NCBI GenBank assembly: GCA_964449965.1
Contig: CAYVEO010000006.1
Coordinates: forward strand, 308 to 64,307
From: an uncultured Planctomycetia bacterium
Lineage (GTDB): Bacteria > Omnitrophota > Gorgyraeia > CAYVEO01
Reading direction: 5' to 3'
Length of the DNA: 64,000 bases
Shown: one piece after another, positions 37,087-45,481 of the stretch
How the letters are laid out: each line of letters begins with the position of its first letter
Position numbering within the stretch: the stretch's first letter is position 1
The notes under the pieces: generated by a model
Database searches by the model: none
Told to the model about the DNA's origin: nothing
What the model saw: the letters and a program-made list of their open reading frames with translations, nothing else
Made by a program: the position numbers and the translations under genes

Positions 37087-38495
37087 AAGATACCATATCT
37101 TCATTATTTGGAAAAATCGGCATATATCTTCCTGCCCGGAAAGGAGAAGGTTTGAGAATCGGCAGGAGGTTCCTTACCTTTCTCGGGATATTATTTTTCC
37201 TGTCAATATTTGGCTTTATTGGACTTTTGGAATACAGCACAAGTCCAACATTCTGTAATTCCTGCCATGTGATGCACCCATATTACAACGCATGGAAGAC
37301 GTCAAGCCATAATTTTGTATCGTGCGTAGATTGTCACTATCCACCCGGACTTACAAAGGAATTCAAGGGTAAGATACAGGCAATCACGCAGGTGGCAAAA
37401 TTCGTGACACGGACATACAGCACCAAACCCTATGCTGAGATAGAGGATTCAAGCTGTCTCAGAAAAGGCTGTCATGAAAAAAGGCTGTTAGAAGGCAAGG
37501 TTACGTTCAAACGCGGTATCCAATTTGACCATAAGCCTCATCTTGTAGGTATGCGAAGAGGCAAGAAATTACGCTGTACCTCCTGCCATTCCCAGATAGT
37601 CCAGGGTCAGCATATTGCGGTTACTGAGGAGGTATGCTTCATCTGCCATTTCAAGGGTGAAAAGAACGGCAGGGAAATAACCCCTGTCGGTGGCTGCCCG
37701 CTCTGCCATGGTGCACCTGAGAAGGAAATAAAAGTTGCAGGGATGAGTTTTAATCACAAGGATTTCGTAGGTAGAGGAGTTGAATGCCAGAAGTGTCACC
37801 TTGATGCTGTCCAGGGAGAAGGCGAAGTTCCCAGGGAGATGTGTCTCACGTGCCATGGCGAACCTGAGAGACTATCTAAGTATGAAGACCATGAATTTAT
37901 CCACGAGAATCATGTAACAAAACATAAGGTGGAATGTTTCCAGTGCCATCTCACTATAAAACATGCTGTCCAGACTACTATCAAACCTCTGGAATATAGC
38001 TGTGATGTCTGTCACCTATCAAAACATGCAGGTGAAAAAGAGATGTATATGGGTAAAGGAGGCAGGGGAGTGGACGATATGCCAAGCCTTATGTTTCTGG
38101 CACAGGTAGACTGTGTGGCATGCCACATCAATCCTGGAGAGGAATTACCTGCTACGCACTTTGCAGGTAAAACCTATAAGGCTACCGGCGCTGCATGTTT
38201 TGGATGCCATGGCAAGGGCTACGCAGAGATGTTAGATAGTTGGAAAATTAGTATTCAGGAATCATTGGATGAGTTAGGACCTATTTTAGAAAAGGCAAGA
38301 GGATTGGTTCAATATTTAAATAAAGATGACTCTAAGTATAAAGAAGTATCCAGACTATTAGAGGATGCAGAATATAACTATAATTTTGTCAAGTTTGGAA
38401 AAGGTATCCATAACGTCTCTTATGCAGACTCATTGATAGAGGTATCTAAGAACAATGCCAGGAATATTATATCTATTATTTCTGAACAAAGGTGA
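37080..38495 (+). CDS. NapC/NirT-like membrane-anchored multiheme c-type cytochrome (11 CxxCH)
   Basis: An N-terminal TM followed immediately by CNSCHVMH and CVDCH, as in the NapC/NrfH/CymA family. I counted 11 CxxCH motifs. Confidence 0.75.
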   Translation: MVKDTISSLFGKIGIYLPARKGEGLRIGRRFLTFLGILFFLSIFGFIGLLEYSTSPTFCNSCHVMHPYYNAWKTSSHNFVSCVDCHYPPGLTKEFKGKIQAITQVAKFVTRTYSTKPYAEIEDSSCLRKGCHEKRLLEGKVTFKRGIQFDHKPHLVGMRRGKKLRCTSCHSQIVQGQHIAVTEEVCFICHFKGEKNGREITPVGGCPLCHGAPEKEIKVAGMSFNHKDFVGRGVECQKCHLDAVQGEGEVPREMCLTCHGEPERLSKYEDHEFIHENHVTKHKVECFQCHLTIKHAVQTTIKPLEYSCDVCHLSKHAGEKEMYMGKGGRGVDDMPSLMFLAQVDCVACHINPGEELPATHFAGKTYKATGAACFGCHGKGYAEMLDSWKISIQESLDELGPILEKARGLVQYLNKDDSKYKEVSRLLEDAEYNYNFVKFGKGIHNVSYADSLIEVSKNNARNIISIISEQR

Positions 38496-38899
38496 AAGAT
38501 ATGAATCGTCAATCCGAAAAAAGGTTATTAGTAGTAGATGATGAAGACCTACTAAGAAACTCTCTCGCCAAACTTCTTGCAATGAGAGGATATTCTGTCT
38601 TATCAGCTGCCGATGGCAACGAGGCGCTCAAATTAATTAAAGAAAATATGTTTCAATTGGTAATCACAGACCTTAAGATGCCTGGCATGAACGGTATGGA
38701 ACTTATCCATGAGGTTCGGAAATTGTCACCGGATACAAAGGTAGTGGTTATTACCGCCCATGGTGAGTGGAATACCTATCTTGAGGCTATGGAAAGAGGG
38801 GCGTTTGCATATCTTAATAAGCCTATCAATACGGGCGAGTTGTTTTCTACGATTAAAAGGGCATTGTTAGAAGGTGAAGGAAAAAATAAATTTACATAG
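38492..38899 (+). CDS. single-domain response regulator (CheY-like receiver)
   Basis: RLLVVDDE, the DLKMPGMNG phospho-acceptor region and a conserved Lys region. No output domain. Confidence 0.85.
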   Translation: MKDMNRQSEKRLLVVDDEDLLRNSLAKLLAMRGYSVLSAADGNEALKLIKENMFQLVITDLKMPGMNGMELIHEVRKLSPDTKVVVITAHGEWNTYLEAMERGAFAYLNKPINTGELFSTIKRALLEGEGKNKFT

Positions 38900-38948
38900 G
38901 GACAGAAAATAATAGACAGGGATGGTTTTTGGTGATAAAATATATATT

Positions 38949-39878
38949 ATGAATACAATAAAAAGAGTAATTGAAATATTACTGATATTCTTATTCGGAA
39001 CGGTTTTCTGTGGATGCGGAGAGCAGGAGAAGGCATTAAAAATAAAGTTTAAGGAAATAGACACATCCACCGGCCAGAAATCGTTAGATAGGGAACAGGG
39101 AGTTTTACGACTCGCCATCTCTTCTATGATATCACCGCGTGAAACAATTCACTGTTATCAGGATATATTTAATTATGTTGGCGAGAAACTAAACCGAAAG
39201 ATAAAAATAGTCCAGAAAGAGTCCTATGGAGAGACCAACGAACTTCTTCGTCAGGGAGAAGTTGACGTAGCGATGGTCTGCAGCGGCGCATATGTGGAGG
39301 CGCATGCCTCTTATGGCGCCGAACTCCTGTCGGCTCCCAAGCCACTCAGTGACAGGACATATTGTTCATACATCATCGTCCACAGAGACAGCCAGATAAA
39401 TTCAATTGAAGAGTTAAAGGGCAAGACATTTGCTTTCACTGACTCCCTGTCTAATACCGGGAGGCTTTATCCTGTATGGTTGCTTTCCCAGAAAGGATAT
39501 AAGCCTGAGACTTATTTTGCAAGATACATCTATTCAGGCAGTCATGATAATTCAATCCGTGCTGTCAGCGATGGTTTAATTGACGGGGCGGCAGTAGATT
39601 CTCTCGTATTTCTTTATATGAATACCAATCAGCCTGATGTTGTATCTCTCACCAGGGTAATAGCAGTATCACCTGTTTTTGGACTTCCTCCCTTAATTGT
39701 CCATCCCAGGATGGATGTTGAGTTAAAAAAGATTTTGCAGGAAATTCTGTTGAATATGCACAGCGATGAAAAAGGGAAGGTTCTACTTAGCAGGATAAAA
39801 ATAGAACGGTTTATTATTCCACAGGATATGGATTATGACCCTATAAGAGAAATGAAGAAGGCAGTGGGGTATGAATAA
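38949..39878 (+). CDS. periplasmic PhnD/SsuA-type (phosphonate-binding-like, AioX/ArxX-like) solute-binding lipoprotein (ORF-track start 38922)
   Basis: Lipobox FCGCG. LRLAISSMISP...ETNELLRQGEVDVAMVCSGAYVEA...GKTFAFTDSLSNTG...DGAAVDSLVF matches the PhnD-like type 2 periplasmic binding fold. Immediately upstream of the kinase and sigma-54 regulator. Confidence 0.65.
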   Translation: MNTIKRVIEILLIFLFGTVFCGCGEQEKALKIKFKEIDTSTGQKSLDREQGVLRLAISSMISPRETIHCYQDIFNYVGEKLNRKIKIVQKESYGETNELLRQGEVDVAMVCSGAYVEAHASYGAELLSAPKPLSDRTYCSYIIVHRDSQINSIEELKGKTFAFTDSLSNTGRLYPVWLLSQKGYKPETYFARYIYSGSHDNSIRAVSDGLIDGAAVDSLVFLYMNTNQPDVVSLTRVIAVSPVFGLPPLIVHPRMDVELKKILQEILLNMHSDEKGKVLLSRIKIERFIIPQDMDYDPIREMKKAVGYE

Positions 39879-41367
39879 AAAAAAGATAGAGAATGAATCA
39901 CTGAAGGTGCGGCCTATCTCCAGTTTGAAGTTCCGTATTCTGACAGGTGTCATAGGATTGGTTCTGCTTCCGGGAATAGTGGCGATTGTTATAGCACGGG
40001 GCAGACTCGGGTCCGCACTGGAAAAAGAATTGGTAGAACGCGGAGTAGCCATTACACGTACCGTGGCAGTCCGTAGTACAAAACCGGTTCTTACCACTGA
40101 TTTGTTTACATTGCATGAACTTATCAGAAATATTATTGACAGTAACAAAGACGTTAGATATGTGATAATCTACTACCCTGAAGAACAAATTTTAATCCAT
40201 TCATTTAAAAAAGGTATTCCTAAAGGATTATTGGAGGCTAATTATATACCAGAGGGGAAAGAATTTCACCATGTTTTGTTAGAGACAGAAGAGGGTAGTA
40301 TCCGGGATGTTATAGTTCCGCTCTGGGATAAGGGTAAGGGTGTAGTCAGGGTGGGTATGTCAGAACGGAGAATCAATCACCTCCTTTCCGGTGTTACCTA
40401 TCAAATGATTGGAGTCATAGGTCTGGTTTTATTGCTCGGTATAAGCGGGGCATACATTTTAACGACCATACTCACACGCCGGCTCTTCAACCTGGTAGAT
40501 ATGGCTGCAGCAGTTGGAAAAGGTGACCTTGATGCCAAAGCACCGCAAGAGAGCAATGATGAGGTAGGAAGTCTGACATCAGCGTTTAATTCTATGGTAG
40601 AAGACCTCAAACGCCACATTACCGAACAGAAGAAGATGCAGAGTCAGTTATTTCATTCAGGTAAATTAGCAGCGATGGGGGAATTAGCCAGTTGTGTTGC
40701 TCACGAGATTAACAACCCGCTTAGTTCTATAGCAGTTTGTGCTGAATCCCTTTTAGAACGGTTGTCTCAGGGTGCATTAAACTGCTGTCTTTCTGAGAGA
40801 GAAGAATGGACAGAGTATTTAAAGAGTATAGAGAAAGAAATTCATAGATGCAAGAAAATTACAACAGCCCTTCTCAGTCTATCAAATCTGAAAGAGCCGC
40901 AGATTGCACTAATTGACATAAACCAGTTACTTGAGAACATGCTACTTTTAGTAAAGTACCAGGCTGACCGCACAGGGAAGAAAATAATAATTAAACTCGG
41001 TTCAGAGTTGCCGCTTGTCCTGGCTGATGGTGACAGTCTCCAGCAGGTATTTTTAAATCTTATGATAAACGCATTAGACCATACAAACGGCGGAGGTAAG
41101 ATAGATATTTCCACACGTATCACCCGGAGAGAGGATAAACCCTGGGTTGAGGTTGTATTAGCAGACAATGGATGCGGAATTCCCAGGGAAAATCTGGATA
41201 AAATCTTTCAGCCATTTTTTACCACAAAGAAAGACGGTACTGGCAGCGGATTAGGATTGTCCATCTCTAAACGTATTGTTGAAGAACACAATGGGCAAAT
41301 TGTTGTGACGAGTCAACTGAATAAAGGTTCTGTTTTTTCTGTCTATTTACCACTGGAGAAAGATTAG
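39871..41367 (+). CDS. sensor histidine kinase (two TM helices, periplasmic domain of about 130 aa, HAMP, HisKA, HATPase_c)
   Basis: H-box ELASCVAHEINNPL. N/G boxes (LMINALDHT, DNGCGIP, GSGLGLSI). Confidence 0.85.
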   Translation: MNKKKIENESLKVRPISSLKFRILTGVIGLVLLPGIVAIVIARGRLGSALEKELVERGVAITRTVAVRSTKPVLTTDLFTLHELIRNIIDSNKDVRYVIIYYPEEQILIHSFKKGIPKGLLEANYIPEGKEFHHVLLETEEGSIRDVIVPLWDKGKGVVRVGMSERRINHLLSGVTYQMIGVIGLVLLLGISGAYILTTILTRRLFNLVDMAAAVGKGDLDAKAPQESNDEVGSLTSAFNSMVEDLKRHITEQKKMQSQLFHSGKLAAMGELASCVAHEINNPLSSIAVCAESLLERLSQGALNCCLSEREEWTEYLKSIEKEIHRCKKITTALLSLSNLKEPQIALIDINQLLENMLLLVKYQADRTGKKIIIKLGSELPLVLADGDSLQQVFLNLMINALDHTNGGGKIDISTRITRREDKPWVEVVLADNGCGIPRENLDKIFQPFFTTKKDGTGSGLGLSISKRIVEEHNGQIVVTSQLNKGSVFSVYLPLEKD

Positions 41368-42720
41368 ATGAATACTAAGATAAATCTGCTCATAGTTGAT
41401 GATGAAGAGACCCTTCGCCTGCATTTGAAAAAGGAGTTCCTGCGTAAGGACTACGAGGTCCATGAAGCAGGAGAAGGGCAGGCTGCTTTAAACATACTTA
41501 AAGAACATCATATAGATGTGGTTTTATTAGACCTCGTTATGCCAGGGTTAAGCGGTCTTGATGCATTAAAAGAGATTAAGGCAAATTATCCTCTCGTAGA
41601 GGTCATCGTCCTTACAGGAAATGCAACGATTGACACCGCTATCGCCTCTATGAAATTAGGCGCTTATGATTATCTGATGAAACCCTACAACATTGCGGAG
41701 TTATCCATGATTATAGAGCGGGCTCACAATCATGCCCTTCTTTCCAGAGATAGCCAGCGGTTACAGCACGAGTTGGCACGCCAGGCTAAGTTTGAAGACT
41801 TTATTCATGGAGATGAGAAAATGAAGTCAGTCTTTAAATTGATAGAAAAGGTGGCGCCGACTAATTCCACAGTCTTATTATACGGTGAGACAGGGACAGG
41901 AAAAGAACTCGCTGCCAAGTCTATTCACAAGAACAGTAATAGAAAAGAAAATTCTTTTATAGCAGTTGACTGCGGGGCTTTACAGGATACGTTGTTGGAA
42001 AGCGAGTTGTTCGGGCATGAACGCGGGGCGTTTACCGGAGCAATAAGGGATAAACAGGGGTTAATTGAAGTAGCAGACAGCGGAACACTTTTCCTGGATG
42101 AAATCGGCGATATCTCTCCTGCGATGCAGGTCAAACTCCTCCGATTCTTAGAATCAGGCGAGTACCGTATGGTGGGCAGTACCAGAGTTTTGAAAATAGA
42201 TGTGCGGATTATCGCCGCTACAAATCGGAATCTGGAAAGAATAGTGAAGGAGGGCAGATTCCGTGAAGACCTCTATTACCGGCTGAACGTTGTTAAGATA
42301 GAGATTCCGCCATTAAGAGAAAGAAAAGATGACATTATGCCTCTGGCAGAGCATTTTCTCAAAAAATATAATTCATCACTTGGAAGACATATTAAAGGTA
42401 TTTCTAAAGATGCGGAAGAGAAACTGTTAAGTTATGCCTGGCCAGGAAATGTTCGGGAACTTGAGAATGCCATTGAACGGGTCTCCATTCTTTGTGATAG
42501 TGACTGGATTACGATAGAAGACCTGCCTTTTCTTACCCCTAAAGGTACTCTGAATATAGAAAAAGGCAGTCTTGACTCTATGCCCCTTTCTGAATTGGAG
42601 AAAATGCACATTATTAATGTCCTTAAATCCTGTGATGGCAACAAGACCAGGGCTGCAGGTATCTTAGGTATTGAAGTCCGCACCCTTTACAATAAACTGA
42701 AAACTTACGATGTAACATAG
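41368..42720 (+). CDS. sigma-54-dependent response regulator (NtrC family)
   Basis: REC domain (LLIVDDEE, DVVLLDLVMPG). AAA+ domain with GETGTGKE, GAFTGA and ESELFGHERGAFTGA. C-terminal HTH. Confidence 0.9.
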   Translation: MNTKINLLIVDDEETLRLHLKKEFLRKDYEVHEAGEGQAALNILKEHHIDVVLLDLVMPGLSGLDALKEIKANYPLVEVIVLTGNATIDTAIASMKLGAYDYLMKPYNIAELSMIIERAHNHALLSRDSQRLQHELARQAKFEDFIHGDEKMKSVFKLIEKVAPTNSTVLLYGETGTGKELAAKSIHKNSNRKENSFIAVDCGALQDTLLESELFGHERGAFTGAIRDKQGLIEVADSGTLFLDEIGDISPAMQVKLLRFLESGEYRMVGSTRVLKIDVRIIAATNRNLERIVKEGRFREDLYYRLNVVKIEIPPLRERKDDIMPLAEHFLKKYNSSLGRHIKGISKDAEEKLLSYAWPGNVRELENAIERVSILCDSDWITIEDLPFLTPKGTLNIEKGSLDSMPLSELEKMHIINVLKSCDGNKTRAAGILGIEVRTLYNKLKTYDVT

Positions 42721-42868
42721 AGATGTTCTTAATACTGTGAAAAAAATTCCGTGTGTGTGAAAAAAATTCATGGTTTTGTTCCCACTGTTAATAACCTGCA
42801 TCCACATAAGACAATCTTAACATATTTAAATTTAATCAGTTACAAAAAATATAAGGTTTTTACGTTCT

Positions 42869-42886
42869 TTGGCATGAATTATGCTT
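42869..42886 (+). promoter_or_regulatory. sigma-54 promoter TTGGCATGAATTATGCTT
   Basis: TGGCAT-N5-ATGCT with GG/GC 12 nt apart. Predicted start about 42896, a 27-nt leader with a GAGGAG RBS before the ATG at 42923. Confidence 0.6.
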
Positions 42887-42922
42887 ATATATTGACTAAT
42901 AGTCATTGCGAGGAGTGCCAGA

Positions 42923-44233
42923 TTGATGAATATTAATTTTAAATTGTGGATTATTATTTTGACGATGCTTGTCCTGTGCACAGGCGGTTGGGCAGATGAT
43001 TTTAATATCCACGGTTATTTAGATACAAAATACCGGGTTAGGTGGAGCGAGAATGAAACTGACCAGGATATTTATGAATATCTCTCCATATATGCGGGAG
43101 ATGAAACAACTGATAAGGTAAGCGCCTCAATATATGGAAGGGTGTCAGGAGACATAGACGGAAGGCGTGAACCAGACGCATTCTCTGAATTCAGGGAAAT
43201 CACGGATACTTACAATGATAATATTAATGGCAGGTTGTATCATGCATATCTTACGATAAGGGAATTGGGAACTCTATCTAAGGTCCGGTTTGGCAGACAG
43301 GAAGTCTATAGCGGCGAGACGCTGTATTTTGACGGCGTAAAACTTGACAGTAAGGAAATGTGGGAATTCTTATCTGTCTCATTATACGGAGGTGTGCCTG
43401 TGCACCTGTATGAATCTCCTTCGTCAGGTGATTACCTCTGGGGAAGCGGTATAGAGGTCAAACCCATGGAGGGGACTTTATTGAGATTGGATTCCATATA
43501 CGTTGAAGATGATAGTGATGAATGGGGAGACCACAACGATGAACTCTTTATCTTAAGTCTCTGGCAGGATATTACAAAGAATGCTAAGATATACGGTAAA
43601 TATTCTTTCCTGGAAAAAAAGGAACGTGATGCCCAGTTAGGATGTTTTATTGATGTCCCTGAACACCGCCTGACAATAGATGGAAGTTACTTCAGGCAAT
43701 TAGAAGAGTTAAGGGATTTCAGTCTGGAATTTTCACCTTACTATCCAGTAGCAGGAAGTTATCTACCGTTTCACCAGTATGATGTGAACGTGAATAAGCG
43801 GCTCTGTGATAATTTCGGGGTTGGTGCAGGCGCCACAATCAGGGAATTGATAGAGGCTGCTCAGGAGACAACTTATAACCATGCATTTCAGAGATACTAT
43901 CTGAGCGGCTCAATATATGATTTGCCAATCAAAGGGCTTAATCTTACAATAACTCTGGATGACTGGGAGACCAGCACTGATGATATTAGAACCGCTGGAA
44001 TAGATGGGGAATACGTCTTAAAGAAAGGATGGAAACTTAAAGCAGGCAGTTACTATTCATTATACAAATATGATTATTATACCGGAGAGGAAAATGACGA
44101 TGTCCGGACAGCATACGGTGAAATTAGAATAAACCTTACTAAAAACGTAGATTGGAAACTTAGATACGAGGCTGAGGATGACGATTTTAACGTCTATCAC
44201 AAGGTGGAGACAAGTGTCAAATACAATTTTTAA
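42923..44233 (+). CDS. predicted outer-membrane beta-barrel (porin-like) protein, paralog of the 31029 gene
   Basis: Signal peptide LWIIILTMLVLCTGGWA. C-terminal ...KYNF. Paralogous to 31029-32342. Confidence 0.5.
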   Translation: MMNINFKLWIIILTMLVLCTGGWADDFNIHGYLDTKYRVRWSENETDQDIYEYLSIYAGDETTDKVSASIYGRVSGDIDGRREPDAFSEFREITDTYNDNINGRLYHAYLTIRELGTLSKVRFGRQEVYSGETLYFDGVKLDSKEMWEFLSVSLYGGVPVHLYESPSSGDYLWGSGIEVKPMEGTLLRLDSIYVEDDSDEWGDHNDELFILSLWQDITKNAKIYGKYSFLEKKERDAQLGCFIDVPEHRLTIDGSYFRQLEELRDFSLEFSPYYPVAGSYLPFHQYDVNVNKRLCDNFGVGAGATIRELIEAAQETTYNHAFQRYYLSGSIYDLPIKGLNLTITLDDWETSTDDIRTAGIDGEYVLKKGWKLKAGSYYSLYKYDYYTGEENDDVRTAYGEIRINLTKNVDWKLRYEAEDDDFNVYHKVETSVKYNF

Positions 44234-45050
44234 ACCTATTTTACCTATAATATTCTTAGCGTTACTCGTGGCAGGATGTAAAGAGGAAGGGCTGAATTTC
44301 ATCCATAACAACCATTTAGAACGCGGGTTAGAGTGTCCTACCTGTCATATACAAACTGAAGATTTACCGTCTCTGCCAGATGAAGACATATGTCGGACAT
44401 GCCATGAAATAGACAGGAACAATCCGTCTGACAAATGCAGATTGTGCCACCGGGGAAAAGAAGAGAAATCAAAACCGCGTGATAGGAAAAACTATGCAGA
44501 CTTGCAGTTCTCGCATAAGAACCATTTAGAAAGAGAAATTAAGTGTGAAGAGTGCCACGGGACAGCAAAAGACGGATATTCTATCCCTGTGATGGAAGAC
44601 TGCATAAGATGCCATTCACAGATAGAACAAAAGATAGACTGTTCTAAATGCCACATGAAACTTAAAAAGGATGAAAGACCCCAGAACCATGATTATGACT
44701 GGAAGACAAGGCATGGCAAGGAGATAACATTAGAAGGCGGTTCTCCGGAAAATCAAAGATGTTACATTTGCCATAACCAGGCGAGTTGCGATACATGCCA
44801 TAAGGACGAGAAGCCCCAGAACCATACAAACCAGTGGAGATTAAGAGGACATCAGGTGATGGGCAGGATTAACAGGTCTCAATGTGCAGCATGTCATCGG
44901 CAGGACTTCTGTGTTAGTTGTCACAGTGAGGCTCCTGCTATACCCAATAACAGTTCGCACCGCCCGGGCAGGTCATGCAGTTTGTGCCACGTCCGGCTCT
45001 CGCACAGCGTTACAGATGAAACAGGCTGCACACGGTGTCATGCGAATTAA
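44178..45050 (+). CDS. lipoprotein multiheme c-type cytochrome (12 CxxCH)
   Basis: Lipobox LLVAGC. I counted 12 CxxCH motifs. The true start is uncertain (the ORF overlaps the upstream gene by 56 nt). Confidence 0.75.
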   Translation: MTILTSITRWRQVSNTIFKPILPIIFLALLVAGCKEEGLNFIHNNHLERGLECPTCHIQTEDLPSLPDEDICRTCHEIDRNNPSDKCRLCHRGKEEKSKPRDRKNYADLQFSHKNHLEREIKCEECHGTAKDGYSIPVMEDCIRCHSQIEQKIDCSKCHMKLKKDERPQNHDYDWKTRHGKEITLEGGSPENQRCYICHNQASCDTCHKDEKPQNHTNQWRLRGHQVMGRINRSQCAACHRQDFCVSCHSEAPAIPNNSSHRPGRSCSLCHVRLSHSVTDETGCTRCHAN

Positions 45051-45065
45051 AAGGAGGAAGTGAAA

Positions 45066-45467
45066 ATGCGTGAGGATATTAAGTTAACGTTCCTGTCTAT
45101 AGCAGGTCTTATTATAATAGTATTCATGTCTATGGCGTGCGGCGGTGGCGGCGGCAGCGGCGGCGATAGTGAAGGAGAGTCCATTGAGGCAACTAATGAC
45201 AATGATGTAGCGATTCATTTAAATGCATCCCGATACGCCTCAAGTGAGTGTATAAAATGCCATGGAAATATGCAGGACCAGACAACATTAGATTCAAACG
45301 TAGAAGGGATACATCCTAAACATACACGTGTTACCACGCTTACATGCACTGACTGCCATAAGAGCGTAGATTTACTCCAGAAGTCAGGTGCGAACTTAAG
45401 AAGGCAGGTGGATGTTCAAAAGTGTGTTGATTGCCACGGAACTACATTTTATCAAGGGGCGTCATAA
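45066..45467 (+). CDS. small triheme lipoprotein c-type cytochrome with poly-Gly linker
   Basis: AAGGAGG RBS 8 nt upstream of the ATG at 45066. Lipobox SMACGGGGGSGGD. Motifs CIKCH, CTDCH, CVDCH. Confidence 0.6.
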   Translation: MREDIKLTFLSIAGLIIIVFMSMACGGGGGSGGDSEGESIEATNDNDVAIHLNASRYASSECIKCHGNMQDQTTLDSNVEGIHPKHTRVTTLTCTDCHKSVDLLQKSGANLRRQVDVQKCVDCHGTTFYQGAS

Positions 45468-45481
45468 TGGAGGGTAAGTTT

